Source of the DNA: Octopus vulgaris
Lineage: Eukaryota
Assembly (NCBI GenBank): GCA_951406725.2
Contig: OX597836.1
Location: forward strand, 30,814,001 to 30,878,000
Direction of reading: 5' to 3'
Length of the DNA stretch: 64,000 bases
The notes beneath the pieces are model-generated. The model saw only the letters and a program-made list of their open reading frames with translations. It had not been told where the DNA came from and searched no databases. Both the position numbers and the translations under genes were made by a program. Shown here in pieces: positions 25,242 through 40,103 of this stretch (positions are counted from its first letter, which is position 1; the number at the start of each line of letters is the position of its first letter).

Positions 25242-25613
25242 AGGTAAAGTAAGGAGCACTCCGTCGGTTACGACGATGAGGGTCCCAGCTTGGGACAGCT
25301 TCAACGGAACAGCTTGCTCGTGGAATTAACGTGCAAGCCACAGACACGTGTACCCTTAACGTAGTTCTCGAGGAGATTCAGCGTGACAAGGCTGGCCCTT
25401 TGAAATACAGGTACAACAGAAACAGGAAGAAAGAGTGAGAGAAAGTTGTGGTGAAAGAGTACAGCAGGGTTCACCACCACCCCCTGCTAGAGCCTCGTGA
25501 AGCTTTAGGTGTTTTCGCTCAATAAACACTCACAATGCCCGGTCTGGGAATCGAAACCGCGATCCTACGACCGCGAGTCCGCTGCCCTAACCACTGGGCC
25601 ATTGCGCCTCCAC
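25242..25613 (-). mobile_element. tRNA-derived SINE family D with 13 bp TSD
   Basis: A box TGGCCCAGTGG, B box GGTTTCGATTCC; TSD TGTCTTTTACGTA at 25229-25241 and 25614-25626. Confidence 0.9.
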
Positions 25614-25872
25614 TGTCTTTTACGTATCACTAAAAAGACAGGAATGCCTTTGATTATGAATGAGCCTGCACGATCAGGGCTGGCCTCGATCAAAACAACA
25701 ATATTGAATACACAGGCCAATTTCTTATAGTAAACAAACAACTTGACGTACAAACACGATTGGGGAAACATTCGTACACCCGATGACAAATATGCATGCA
25801 GATGCATGGTCATCTTAGCAGCACTATAAACCGTTGGGAAAAATCAATGCACCGGGGCCTATAGTATTTATT

Positions 25873-26035
25873 TGCAGGAGTGGCTGTGTGGTAAGTAGCT
25901 TGCTAACCAACCACATGGTTCCGGGTTCAGTCCCACTGCGTGGCATCTTGGGCAAGTGTCTTCTGCTATAGCCCCGGGTCGACCAATGCCTTGTGAGTGG
26001 ATTTGGTAGACGGAAACTGAAAGAAGCCTGTCGTA

Positions 26036-26090
<55 letters not shown>

Positions 26091-26292
26091 CTGTGTTTGT
26101 CCCCCTAGCATTGCTTGACAACCGATGCTGGTGTGTTTACGTCCCCGTCACTTAGCGGTTCGGCAAAAGAGACCGATAGAATAAGTACTGGGCTTACAAA
26201 GAATAAGTCCCGGGGTCGATTTGCTCGACTAAAGGCGGTGCTCCAGCATGGCCGCAGTCAAAATGACTGAAACAAGTAAAAGAGTAAAAGAG
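25873..26292 (+). mobile_element. SINE family A
   Basis: Near-consensus copy in MTG1 intron 1. Confidence 0.9.
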
Positions 26293-26626
26293 CGACCTAC
26301 ATATATCAGAATCGGGGCCCCTAGAAGTCGTGAGGCCCAAGGACAACTGCCTAGTGTGTCCCCCGCCTCAAATAAAGCACTGTGCACGTGTGCAGTACCT
26401 TGCCGATGTTGTCTAAATTCCAATGTAACTAGCTCAGAAACAACACCCTTGTTTCTGAACTAGAGACTGGCCCTTAGGGGCAGAGATTTGAAAAATTTTA
26501 AACCGGAAACATATATTTGATCAGCAAGTAAATAAATACAAGGCAACGTAAAATAAAAAGAAAAAGAATAAATAAACATAATCACAAATAGCTTATGCTT
26601 TGTTTTATAAGATGCATATGCAATAC

Positions 26627-26726
26627 CTTTATGCATGTGACCAGGAAACCACTTGGCAACGTTTTTGTTTGCTAACGTAAAAGACTTTCGGAAAAGATGT
26701 CCATGTTTGACAAATTTCTCTGCCAT
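26627..26726 (-). CDS. MTG1: MTG1 exon 1 (ATG; MAEKFVKHGHLFRKSFTLANKNVAKWFPGHMHK-G)
   Basis: WFPGHM motif typical of the RbgA/YlqF/MTG1 family; donor AAAG|GTATTG at 26626; phase 1. Confidence 0.93.
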
Positions 26727-26935
26727 TATTCTGTGGGAAACTCGAGCACACGCTTCGGCTAGTCAACCATGGGAGCTGACATATTTAAACCCCCGTATGT
26801 CTGACAGTTACTATATAATTAATACTGGAGAAACGAAACGAAACGAAACGAAATCTAGACGGCGTGCGTCCGACATTCTCATGAAGATGTATACACGCGC
26901 GCATACACACATATTTATAGCTATATATGTATGTG

Positions 26936-27022
<87 letters not shown>

Positions 27023-28174
27023 TTAAAAATAGGATAAAATCTTTATAAGAAATTATCAACTAGTTTATTTTAGTATTTTTGACTGTAAAAGTCCCTCCTA
27101 GCGTGCGGTACCTATGAATAATAGTACCCTATATATATATCTATATATATATTTTATTTACTCTCACTCCCTCTTTACATTTACCTCTTCTTCTTTCAAC
27201 CCTCTCACTCCAAATCACACACACTCGCCCTCTCTTTCACACTGTCTCTTTCTCTCTATCACTTACTCTCGTCTTCTCTATATCGTATTCACGCTCCCCT
27301 TCTTCTCTTGTTTCTTATATTTATTCAATTTATTATATCACTGTTTACCTCCTCCCTCTTTTAACTTCCTCTTATATTATCTCTCATTGTTTCATTGTTT
27401 CTTTAAACCATTAACGTTCTCTTTCCTCTCTTTCCTCTTTCCCTAGCAGTCTCCTCCCGTTCTTCCCCCTCTCTGTCATTTTCTTTCTTTTCTCCCCTCT
27501 CTATCTATATCCTCCTCCTCTCTCATGTCCTTATACGCTTTACCCCACTCCCCGTATGGATGACTCCCTCATCTAAACTTTGTCACCTGTGAATTCCATA
27601 TCAATCACAGATTTTTAAATTAATTTTTAAAGAAATAAACAGTTTGAAACTTCGAATGCTAGTAGAATTTCTCACGTAGAACACGGTTTACTCTGAACGT
27701 TTTTAACAAAATTTCGTATTTTAGAAGTTATTTCGTGTTAAAGTTGTCGTATTTGGGTAATTTTAACCAATCAAAGACGTATATTTAGCTGAAGAAATGT
27801 ACTGCGGTTTGCGGAAGAGCAACAACTTCTGGGTCATCTCTACTAAATGCATTTGGATATTTTTACTTACTGCTTGAGATTATTTTTATCACTCTGTTCT
27901 ATTTTATTTTTGCTTACTTGCCTGCGTTAATTTCGGGATTTATTTTCATCCCCTTTGTGTTTTTTTTTTTTTTTTGCCGGAATACACTATATCGAGGGCA
28001 GAGATTCCAATTCTGCAAAAGAAATGTGCATTAAAAAATTTATATTCCCCCATTATATTTTTAAGTTTTCAGTTCTTTTAAAAAAAATTTTGGCGAAATA
28101 CGTAAAAAAAATACCGAGATTATGATTCTGAAAAAAAAAATTTCTAAAATTTTTCAACAAAAAAAAAGGGGAAA

Positions 28175-28402
28175 GGAATGGCTGTGTGCTAAGTAGCTTG
28201 CTTACCAACCACATGATTCCTGGTTCAGTCCCACTGCGTGGCACCTTGGGCAAGTGTCTTCTACAATAGCCTCGGGCCGACCAAAGCCTTGTGAGTGGAT
28301 TTGGTAGAAGGAAACTGAAAGAAGCCCGTCATATATATGTATATATATGTGTATGTATTTGTGTGTCTGTGTTTGCCCCCAACATCGCTTGACAACCGAT
28401 GC
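28175..28402 (+). mobile_element. SINE family A, 5' half
   Basis: Breaks off after GACAACCGATGC into a tandem repeat. Confidence 0.85.
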
Positions 28403-28404
28403 AT

Positions 28405-28712
28405 TTCATGGAAAGTTCTGTGGATATGACGTACTGAAAAATTCCGTAGATTTTCTTCGAGGTTCCATGGAAAGTTCCATGGATGAGGGACTTCCTGGAA
28501 AGTTCCGAGGATTTTACGGGAATTTCCGTGTATGAGACTTTCTGGAAAACTCCGAGGATTTCATGGAAAGTTCCGTGGATGAGGGACTTCCCGAAAAGTT
28601 CCACGGATGGGACTTTTTAGAAAATTCCGAGGATTTCATAGAAATTTCCGTGGATAAAGGATTTCCTGGAAAGATCCGGGGATGGGAATTTCTGGAAACT
28701 TCCTGGAATCCT
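28405..28712. repeat. Degenerate tandem array of GGAAAGTTCCG(T/A)GGAT units
   Basis: ~20 bp subunits in a roughly 75 bp higher-order period. Confidence 0.8.
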
Positions 28713-29380
28713 GTTGCTAGACATAGGGTCTTCCAGCAGCCACCCTCTTGATTTAGGGCAGCGCTACCTCCTTCAGGCATTTGATGTAGGCCTCTGTGTA
28801 GAGTGTGAGGCCATGTAGGAAGATGAATGGAGACATAATGTTGCCATCACTAGTGATCACTCCAAACACGATGATGCTGACTGGATGTTTGATTTTTATC
28901 ACTCTTGGTACATGTTTTGGGGACACGGCTAGCCAGTGGTTGTTCTGTGTGTTCACCATCTATTCTTGGCACAAATTGTTTTTGTCTGAGAAAAACCACT
29001 TAGAGGGTGTACTTGAGCTTGTTCAAAAGCTTCGCAGTGTGGTCTTTCCTCTTGTCCTTCATGACTTGGGATAAAAATTGGCCCTTTCTCATTTCGTCTG
29101 AGGAATACTAAATGTCTTCATACACTACCTGCTTGATAAAGAAACTTGGACACTTTCATGTCCCTGGTGATGGACTTGACTGACTTGGATCATGGCCTGG
29201 ATCTCACCCACATATTCAGTTCTTTTCTTATCAGAATGATCGAAGTGAGATTTCCGAGCTGCTGTACCTTTGTAATCACCATTAGACTCTTCCAACTCTT
29301 TCTGAATCCGCTGCACTGTCCTCAGATTGACACCCAAACACTCTGAAATGTTCAGCTTCCCTACTATTATAATGTAAACC
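28705..29380 (-). mobile_element. Degraded Tc1/mariner-superfamily transposase, maT/DD37D-like
   Basis: ISECLGVNLRTVQRI (HTH-like), NTQNNHWLA, IVFGVITSDG, YV*QQDS motifs. Confidence 0.75.
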
Positions 29381-29393
29381 TTTTTGAACTCAT

Positions 29394-29830
29394 AATATTC
29401 TGTGCGTGTATACCAATATTCCACTGAACTTTTTAATAATTCCTTCTGGAAACTATCTTTTACATTTTCTTGAGAATGTATATATTTGTTGTAATCTTTT
29501 GTGCCCAATATTTCAATGAACTTGTTAAACTTTTTTATGTTCTTAATATGCTCTTGTCACCAAAGAATGTATATATATGTATTGTAGTACTCTGTGACAA
29601 CCAATATTCTGTGCGTGTTTGAATATACAGATACAATACCATCATCCCACTGAACTTTTTAATAATTCCTTCTGGAAACTATCTTTAACATTTTCTTGAG
29701 AATGTATATTTATGTTGTAATCTTTTGTGCCCAATATTTTAAGGAACTTGTTAAACTTTCTTATGTCCTTAACATGTTCTTGTTACCAAAGACTGTCTAT
29801 ATGTAATGTAGCATTTTGTAACAACCAATA
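29394..29830. repeat. Tandem duplication of a ~210-225 bp unit
   Basis: AATATTCTGTGCGTGT...CCACTGAACTTTTTAATAATTCCTTCTGGAAACTATC occurs twice. Confidence 0.9.
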
Positions 29831-30789
29831 ATTAACGCAACCAAACTTTTACATGTTTCTTTTGACAATCTTTTTCCAAAGAGTGAAACCGGTAAAGTAA
29901 ATAAACATCTTTTAAAATTGCATTTTCAAACCTTCTTTCGTATATATATATATATATGCTGGTGGCATGTAAAAGTCACCCATGGTGGTAACATATAAAA
30001 ACATTCAGTAAACTCTGTAAAAATGGTTGGTGTTAGGAAGGATCCTTTAGCCTTAGAAAGCAAGCCAAAACAGACAACTGGAGCCTGGTGCAGCTCTCTG
30101 GCTTACTACCTCAAGTCAAATTGTCTAACCCATGCCAGCATGGAGAACAGATGTTAAATGATGATGACGATGATGATAATGATGATGAGGATAATGACAA
30201 TGATGATGATGATGATGATGACGATGAAGACCAGGTATGAATAAGGGTCATTACATATTCCTTTATTGTAGTAAATTTGACTAACAGTCGTTTCCGATAA
30301 TCACTATTGGTTTGTTCATTGATTGGTTTACTCAATCGGTCCATTGCTACTTTTGCCCAAGTCATTCTGGTAAAAAAAAACAAACAAAGCGGGACAATGA
30401 CAAATAAAGAAAACAGGCCTGGGGAAGGGAGAATATGTACAGGTGTGGCTGTGTGCTTGAGAAGCTTGCTTCCCAACCACATAATACCAGGTTCAGTCCC
30501 ACTGCATGGCACCTTGGGCAAGTCAGTGTCTTCTGCTCTAGCCTTGGGTTGACCAAAGCTTTGTGAGCGGATTTGGTAGATGGAAACTAAAAGAAACCCA
30601 TTGTATATCATCATCATCATCATCTTTGGAAATATGCTGTGCTTGAGAAGACTCGGCAAGCCCAAGTGATACCATAACCTCGTGGCCTATGCCAGGGGTG
30701 TAACCAGCCCACTTATGTGTACCTTTCCTTCATTGGACTCTAAACTCTGCTTGCGAAGACCTGTTGAGGCAAGTGAAATCAAAATCAAA

Positions 30790-31135
30790 TTCGATGACTG
30801 GCATCCGTGCTAGTGGAGCACTAAGATCACCATCCGAGCATGATTGTTGCCAGAGTGGCTAACTGGCTTCTGTGCCGGTGGCATGTAAAAAACACCATTT
30901 GAGTGTAGCCGTTGCCAGTACCGCCTGAATGGCCCTCATGCCAGTGGCACATAAAAGCAACCACTACACTCTCGGAGTGGTTGGCGTTAGGAAGGGCATC
31001 CAGCTGTAGAAACTCTGCCAGATCAAGATTGGAGCCTGGTGCAGCCATCTGGTTTGCCAGTCCTCAGTCAAATCGTCCAACCCATACTAGCATAGAAAGC
31101 GGATGTTAAACGATGATGATGATGATGATGATGAT
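30790..31135 (+). mobile_element. Family C copy (may extend 5' to ~30630)
   Basis: Body plus (GAT)n tail. Confidence 0.78.
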
Positions 31136-32597
31136 ATATATATATTTATATATACACATACACGCATATGTATATATAACCAAAATAAGCAACAGGATAT
31201 CAAGAGGTGATGCAATATGACTGTTTCAAGTGGCTCCATTTAATTGAACAATGCAATCATTATATCAATTTAAATGCAGGGCTATCCTCAGCTGCATAAA
31301 TAAATAAATAGAATGTTTTAATCAGTTGGACACATGAATATAATTTTACTCAAATTCTCTAATAGAGCAAGAAGAGGGAGACAGTCCATGTTGCTACTAA
31401 TGTGACTCAGAATATGTCACACTTCTAAGAACTGTATGGAGTTTGTTAGAGTCATAGCTTGTAAAGGATTGTGGTTCTCTTTTAATTCATTAGTCCTTTT
31501 TTATCAACTACCAAATCTAAAGCTAGAGGACAGCTTCTATTTATTTATTTATGCAGCTGAGGATAGCCCTGCATTTAAATTGATGAAATGATTGCATTGT
31601 AATGATTGGAAATTTTTGCATGGGGTGTGTGGAGTGGGTGTGTGGGTGTGTGAATCATTGGAAATTTTTTTTTCTGTTGAATGAATTCCTGTGACCTCCT
31701 AATATGCTACAAAATCCATTTTGGGGTTTGAAAAACATGGTGGGGTGAGGTGGAAGCCTTTTTTTTTTTCCTTAGTGAAAATCGTGAAGATCAATGAGGG
31801 TTGGGGGTGAAATTTCCAAGGCTTCCACCTCATCCTACCCCGTTTTTCGGACCCCCAAAAAGGTTTTGCAGCATATTAGGAGGCCACAGGAATTCATCCT
31901 ATGAAAAAAAAAAAAAGAATTTCCAATGATTCCGGGATGGAGGGGACACCTCTTTTTCCGAATCAAAATAAGGGATTTGCAGCATATTAGGTCAGGGTAC
32001 TTGATTCCACACAAAAAATCCAATTTTTTTTTTTTATAGTGAAAATCGTGCAGGTGTTAATATAGAAATTTACCATAATTTTGTTGTTATTTAGCCTCAA
32101 ATCAACCCTGATACAGCAAACCTATCATCAAAGACATTCCAGCCTTCTGCAAACCGTTTTTTCAAGGATACGGTAGGACATTACGTACAATGGGCGTGTG
32201 ATTTAGACAGGGGATACTTTGGCTGCTATTTTTAGCGTGTCGAACGACCAGGTAGAGGCTCTTTCATTGGTTCGATTGAGTGGGACCCGGAAGTTGTTGT
32301 TCGCAAACAGAAGCAGTAATTTTCTTCAGCTGAATACACATCATTGATTGGTTAAAATTACCAAAATACGACAACTTTAACACGAAATAACTTCTGAAAT
32401 ACAAAATTTTGTCAAAAACGTTAAGAGTAAACCCTGTTCTATGTGACACATTCTACCAGTATCCGAAGTTGCAAAGTGTTTAGTCAAAAAAAATTAATTA
32501 AAAAATCTGGTCGTCTGATTGAATAGATCCAAAAATTGTCAAATTATACATTGGAGTGATAAGAAAAGACGAACTGAAATCGCAATTATCAACACAT

Positions 32598-32711
<114 letters not shown>

Positions 32712-33323
32712 GAAAGAGAGAGGAGAGAGATATGAAAACACGGAGTAGAAGATAGTAAAATATAATGTACACACACACACACACACACAAACGGAGTGAG
32801 AGAACAAGGAGTGGGAGAGTGAACGAAAAAGAAGCGGGAGGGAAAGATATAGAGAAATAAAGCGAAGAGAGAGAGAGACAAAAGAAAACAGGGAGGAGGA
32901 AATTAAAGCGAAAGAAGGGGAGGAGAGTAAGGATAGAGATAGAATAAGAGAGCGAGAGAAAGTGGTGCAAAGAGAAAGAGGAAGAGTGATGCAGAAAGAG
33001 AGAGAGAGAAAGAGAGCGAGAGAAGGATTATCTTCGTTATTTTTTGTTTGTTTCATGTGCCAAGGATGTATGAGCAGCACTCAGTTTCTGGCATCCAGTG
33101 AGGCGGAAGCCGGATTTCTGAAACAGTAAAGTATTTATCCATTGAGACAGATCTTGTTTGAGGGAGGATAGAGGGTAATGGTAATTACGAGCTATGTATG
33201 AAACGAAACTAGCGATAAGCCATTTCAAGGGCTGATCTCTCTCGTCGGTGTGATTAGCGGATACAAGATAAAATAACATAGATAGTAATTTAGGGACAGA
33301 GGGAAAAAACTCTAGTGTCGGTT

Positions 33324-33685
33324 ATGGAAGTGAACATCGCTGGACAGTCGAAACCAGTGGAAGTGACTTGTGTTGCAGAGGTGAAGCATCTGGATATTGG
33401 GGTGTCCAATACGCTAAATGGAGGAGATACGTCTACATCGGGGGCATATGATGACACGGCTTGTGAAGGAGACCGATTGTGTGGCTGGTTGTCAGTGCGG
33501 CCCAACACCAAGCTTTTGCCTAAAATAAACAAACAAAGATATTTTGTGTTCTCCGAAAAAACATGTAAACTTTATCATTACCGGAGTCAACACGACATGC
33601 TTCCTTTGGGAGAAATTGACATCTACAATGCTTCTTTCAACTTCGAGGCCAGCAATTTGGATAAACCCGGCCTGTTCGAAATCAG
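33324..33685 (+). CDS. TBC1D2B: First coding exon of a TBC1D2/TBC1D2B-like Rab-GAP (N-terminal PH domain)
   Basis: RLCGWL...RYFVF...CKLYHYRS.HD.LPLGEIDI.NASF matches the N-terminal PH domain of the TBC1D2 family; ATG 33324; donor AG|GTAAGC; later exons not found; paralog label uncertain. Confidence 0.75.
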
Positions 33686-33985
33686 GTAAGCATGGCGAAA
33701 TATAACTACATTTACAGTGTAATATGATGATTTAATATAATGTAATATAATATGCACACTTCATAATTTTATTGATAGGATGTATGTATATGATTGACAA
33801 GATTTCCGAAATTCCTTGTTTAATCTATCACCTTATAAATGAAAATATTCTAAAACACCCCCTTTTAGAACTATTGTGTTAAAGATGAGGGCGGACGGAG
33901 TCAACTTCAATCACATGTTTTTCATTTTCAAGTGTATCATACATATATTTAACGCGATCACACACATACACACACACCATAAATA

Positions 33986-34052
<67 letters not shown>

Positions 34053-35427
34053 AAACACATTTTCACGTGCGTGTGGTGTGTGTTCTTATTACGGGTTACA
34101 CATGTAAACATCCATCCGAGCATCTTTTACTGAATGCATCAAGACACCCGCGATAATTGAGATCCTATCCTTAACATGTTTACATGCAATGCAGACGCCT
34201 CATGTGTCCACCACGTAACCACCCATCAAATTCCAGGTCCTGTGCATATAGTAGAAAGAATTATATAAAGATTTCTTGTAAAATGTTGGAATATAATTCG
34301 AAACATTCAACATAAGACACTTTAAAAGACAGACAGCACACTACACTAAAAGCAAAATGCAAAAATTCGAACATCGCTGTTGGTTAATTGATTTTGGTCC
34401 AGTTAACTTCGTCTGGTATTGTTTTATCGATTCTTCTTCTCGTGTTTTAATCCTGCAAAGTGTTAAAGAATTCCTTCTTTACTGCAGTTCCTTTTAACGA
34501 GTGCTATTCTATTTTAGCAGTTCATTTGAAACATTCTTTAAATTTCTTGCTAAAGAAATTTTGGGGTTTGCATTAATTAAAAAAAAAAAAAAAATCTAAA
34601 GCGCGAGATTTATCGAAATTCTAATTATAGATTTACAGAACGTGTTATTGGATTGAGGATCAAGTCATGTGTATTCTCTGAAAGCAATCAGTAATTCCTA
34701 AAGTCCAACAGTACGAAAAAGTTCATAATTTTATAAAATCGAATCGAATTATATTTCATTTTCTTAGTATCAATTATTTGTCAAGTTCTGAAACGACCTC
34801 ATTGAATAGAGGAGATTTTTTTTTACAAATATTACATATATATATATATACATATATAGTTTTGTCTGTTTCTCTCTCTGTTGATAAATTGTGTTAAGTT
34901 CATTAAACTAGATATGTTGTGACACATAAACAGAGTTGTGTCACACACAACAGATTATTAAAGTGTTTGAAAGGTCATAATTTGTATTAGTATTATAATT
35001 CCATTCATTTCTAGGACGCTTTATAAGAATAAATCGATTCCCATTCCACTAAGTACTCGACTGGTACTTTACTATATCGACTCTAAAACTGGAAAGAAAA
35101 ATTCTAAGTTGACCTCAGTAGAAGATGAACCCAAAGCGTTAAGGGCGTAACATCAGGTTTTTTTTAAACTGTGGTTCTTGCCACTAGTAAGGAAGGCTGA
35201 CTTGCCATTGATAAATGGTTCGATACTTCTGTTACACCCGAAGACTGGTGTATAGAGGGCAGGTTGGGGTTTCGTGTGACCAAATCTCTTCAGAATAGCT
35301 GCCCCTATTTTTGTGGTGGTTGTTATGGTTTATAAAAGATAGCATGCATTTATTTGACAAATCTTTTGACATTCGAATAACACCTATTATCACACGGCTA
35401 TTATAATGTGTATGTTTGTATGTTTAT

Positions 35428-36460
<1,033 letters not shown>

Positions 36461-36978
36461 TTTCTCTCTCTCTCACGCGCAGACACTTGCTTTATGCATT
36501 AAGTCCTATTCCATTTATGACTAAACACACACACTCCACACTCACACCCGCTAACTCTTTCATGGGTATTGTTTACGTATTTCCACGAAAAACCTAAACA
36601 ATACGAAATACCATACAGACCTACCCACCCACACGTCCCAACAGCTGTATAGTGATGTAAGACCGATGTTATTTCTAATTACTCAGAAAAGATAAATAAT
36701 TGAAGAGGATTTGTATTCATAATTTCCCCGGCTTAGTGTTTTGTTCCTGTTTTTTTTTCTCCCCTATTTCCTTTAATACTCTTGTTGTTTAACCTCCAGC
36801 CAGTTCTGATCAAGGGCAACACAGTCGTTTACCACTCCGCCTTTTTAGATGTATCTAGGGGCTACGTTAACTGATGTTTCCCTTTCTTATTTACGGCAGT
36901 GTCATGGTGAGATTTCGGAAGATTTGGCTGCTATTTCTAACTAGGTCGAGCTACTGCGAAATCCCCCAGTCGTTGGCT

Positions 36979-37020
<42 letters not shown>

Positions 37021-37037
37021 TATTTTGAGTTCTGAAT

Positions 37038-37089
<52 letters not shown>

Positions 37090-37104
37090 TCAGAACTCAA
37101 AATA

Positions 37105-37156
<52 letters not shown>

Positions 37157-37157
<1 letters not shown>

Positions 37158-37332
37158 GTCGTTACGTTCTGAGTTCAAATTCCGCCGAGGTCATCAACTT
37201 TGCCTTTCATCCTTTCGGGGTCGATAAATAAAGTACCAGTTTCGCACGGGGGGGGGGCGATATAATCGACTCAATCCCTTCGTCTGTCCTTGTTTCTCCC
37301 CTCTATGTTTAGGCCCCTTCTGGGCAGTAAAG

Positions 37333-37335
<3 letters not shown>
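37157..37335 (+). mobile_element. SINE family B, 5' truncated, inside (TA)n
   Basis: Core and AAAGAAAT tail present. Confidence 0.82.
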
Positions 37336-37373
<38 letters not shown>

Positions 37374-37491
37374 ATAAGTGCTAATGAACGAAACCCTCGG
37401 CCCTCGAGTCACTCTTGCTTCTGTTAAATACTAATAAAAATTCATATATATTCATATTTTGAGTTCTACTTTTCCTGTTTGCATCACATAA

Positions 37492-37525
<34 letters not shown>

Positions 37526-37595
37526 CATACACGAAAACTATCCGCCTTTGAATATCTTGTAACTTTATGTAGATTAAAAACAAAAATAATGTGTG

Positions 37596-37632
<37 letters not shown>

Positions 37633-37894
37633 ATACATTTCTATATATACACACGCGCACACAAACATACTTGTAGGATGGGTTAAGGCCCGCTTATTTT
37701 GTGTGTGTGTGTGTGTGTGTGTGTCCTTTCCTAAATAGACAACTGTTTGCTGTGTTATATAAAGTTACATGTAATGTGGTCGGATGATCATAGTCACGAT
37801 AGAAATTTTCGTGTCTGTCATCCAAAACACAGAATTCAGTATCTCTTAAAATGTAGTTTTTTATTAAACAACTTTTGAGTATTTGTATATTTGT

Positions 37895-37949
37895 GTGTCT
37901 ATCTGTCTGTTTATGTCAATCTGTCTGTCATTTTATGTCTATCTATCTA

Positions 37950-38018
<69 letters not shown>

Positions 38019-38108
38019 GCCTGTCTGTCTGTCTGCCTGCCTGCTTGCCTGCCTGTCTGTCTGTCTATCTGTCTATCTATCTATCTATCTATCTATCTGT
38101 CTGTCTGT

Positions 38109-38149
<41 letters not shown>

Positions 38150-38153
38150 TGCC

Positions 38154-38186
<33 letters not shown>

Positions 38187-38203
38187 GCCTGCCTGCCTGC
38201 CTA

Positions 38204-38247
<44 letters not shown>

Positions 38248-38287
38248 TCTATCTATCCATCCATCCATCCATCCATCCATCTATCTG

Positions 38288-38334
<47 letters not shown>

Positions 38335-38411
38335 ACCTGTCTGTCTGCCTGCCTGCCTGTCTGTCTATCTATCTATCTACCTACCTACTTACCTATCTAT
38401 CTATCTATCTA

Positions 38412-38477
<66 letters not shown>

Positions 38478-38500
38478 CCTCTGTCAGTCTATCTGTCTGT
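37895..38500. repeat. Compound tetranucleotide array (TCTA/TCTG/CCTG/TCCA)
   Basis: Direct observation; explains the 215-268 aa ORFs. Confidence 0.97.
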
Positions 38501-38740
38501 CTCTTTATCTCTCTCCCTCCCTCTCTCTGGTTTTGTGAAATTCAGAGTTCTATTAGAGAACACTCCGCGCTCTATATTAATCAATTAGTCTCTACTTCAG
38601 TATTGAGTGCTTCTTGTTTGAGATTCCAGTATACACTTACCTCCATATATAACGAGACACAAGAAAAACTTCAGAGTAATGGAGTGTAAGAAACTGTAAC
38701 TAGTTTTAATAATAATTAAAATCCGAGATTCACACTTTTG

Positions 38741-38774
<34 letters not shown>

Positions 38775-39696
38775 CAGTAGGTATACAGTAAGTATCACCT
38801 CAATGTTAATACTTAATTCATTAAAATTATTAGCACATTAAATTAGCCTAATTTTTGATGTCTTCATTGTTGTTAATCATAATAATACATTTGTCATAAC
38901 TATGATAATGAGAAGAAATTAGCTATTTAACTATAATGATACTTTTATCATAACTTTTAATTTTTTTTGATAAAGATAAATGAGTATTGTACATGTTTTT
39001 TTCTTTTTTTTCATAACTGTATACCTACTTTTGCACCACCCTGTATACAAATGCACTGTGAAGGCACGTGGCTTAGTGGTTTTGGTGCTCGACTGACAAT
39101 CATGACATCGTGAGTTTGATTCTTGGTGGCGCATGTGAGATTTAGTTTTAACCTCGAATAACACCCTTGAGTTTTCAAAGAACAAGGATGTACATACTGA
39201 TTGACATAAGTGTGTGCACGTGTGTGTTGTTGGGGTGAAGCCGGTTTAGATTACGAATATGGCCATTGGTCAGCTGCATCAGAGGTGACTCAAGACTAAA
39301 ATATGCTGTTGTTCTGAGTGAGTCGACAAAGGGTGTCTTTGTGTAGTTGTTTGATCCGTCACAAATAGCAACTAAACAAAGGGCAACTTAATATCTTGAG
39401 ATTAAAAATAATATCACAAACGACAACTTAATACCTTAAAGTTTAAAAATTTAAAAACATACTGGATATATGGTTGTAGATATGGTAAAAAACAGTATGG
39501 ACATATTTGGAACATTTTTGATCAAATGTTTGCTCAATTAGAACTGACTTGGGCTTAGACAGACATCATCATTTTAAGGTTTATTTCGCCCTTCTATGAA
39601 GGGCTTTGCAACTTAATTGCCTTTACCTTTCCTTCATAATCTTCGTCATCTTATCAATGAAAGTCCCTCTTCCCCATCCTACAATTTCTTACTCAA

Positions 39697-40103
39697 TAGG
39701 CGCAGGAGTGGCTTGCTAAGTAGCATGTTTACCAACCACATGGTTCCGGGTTCAGTCCCACTGCATGGCACCTTGGGCAAGTGTCTTCTACTATAGCCTC
39801 AGGCCGACCAAAGCCTTGTGAGTGGATTTGGTAGACAGAAACTGAAAAGAAACCTGTTGTATATATGTATATATATATATATATATATGCATGTGTGTGT
39901 TTGTGTGTCTGTGTTTGTCCCCCTAGCATTGCTTGACAACCGATGCTGGTGTGTTTATGTCCCCATTACTTAGCGGTTCGGCAAAAGAGACCGATAGAAT
40001 AAGTACTGGGCTTACAAAAGAATAAGTCCCGGGGTCGAGTTGCTCGATTAAAGGCGGTGCTCCAGCATGGCCACAGTCAAATGACTGAAACAAGTAAAAG
40101 AGT
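39697..40103 (+). mobile_element. SINE family A
   Basis: Consensus match. Confidence 0.9.

Noticed and set aside
25540-25611. tRNA-like sequence with A and B boxes
   Set aside because: Head of a TSD-flanked SINE, repeated at 63330-63403; no proper acceptor stem
33315-33323. Track start at GTG 33315
   Set aside because: Eukaryotic gene; first in-frame ATG is at 33324, though an upstream exon cannot be excluded
37875-38689. Longest ORFs in the track (215-268 aa)
   Set aside because: Translations of a stop-free tetranucleotide array in all three frames
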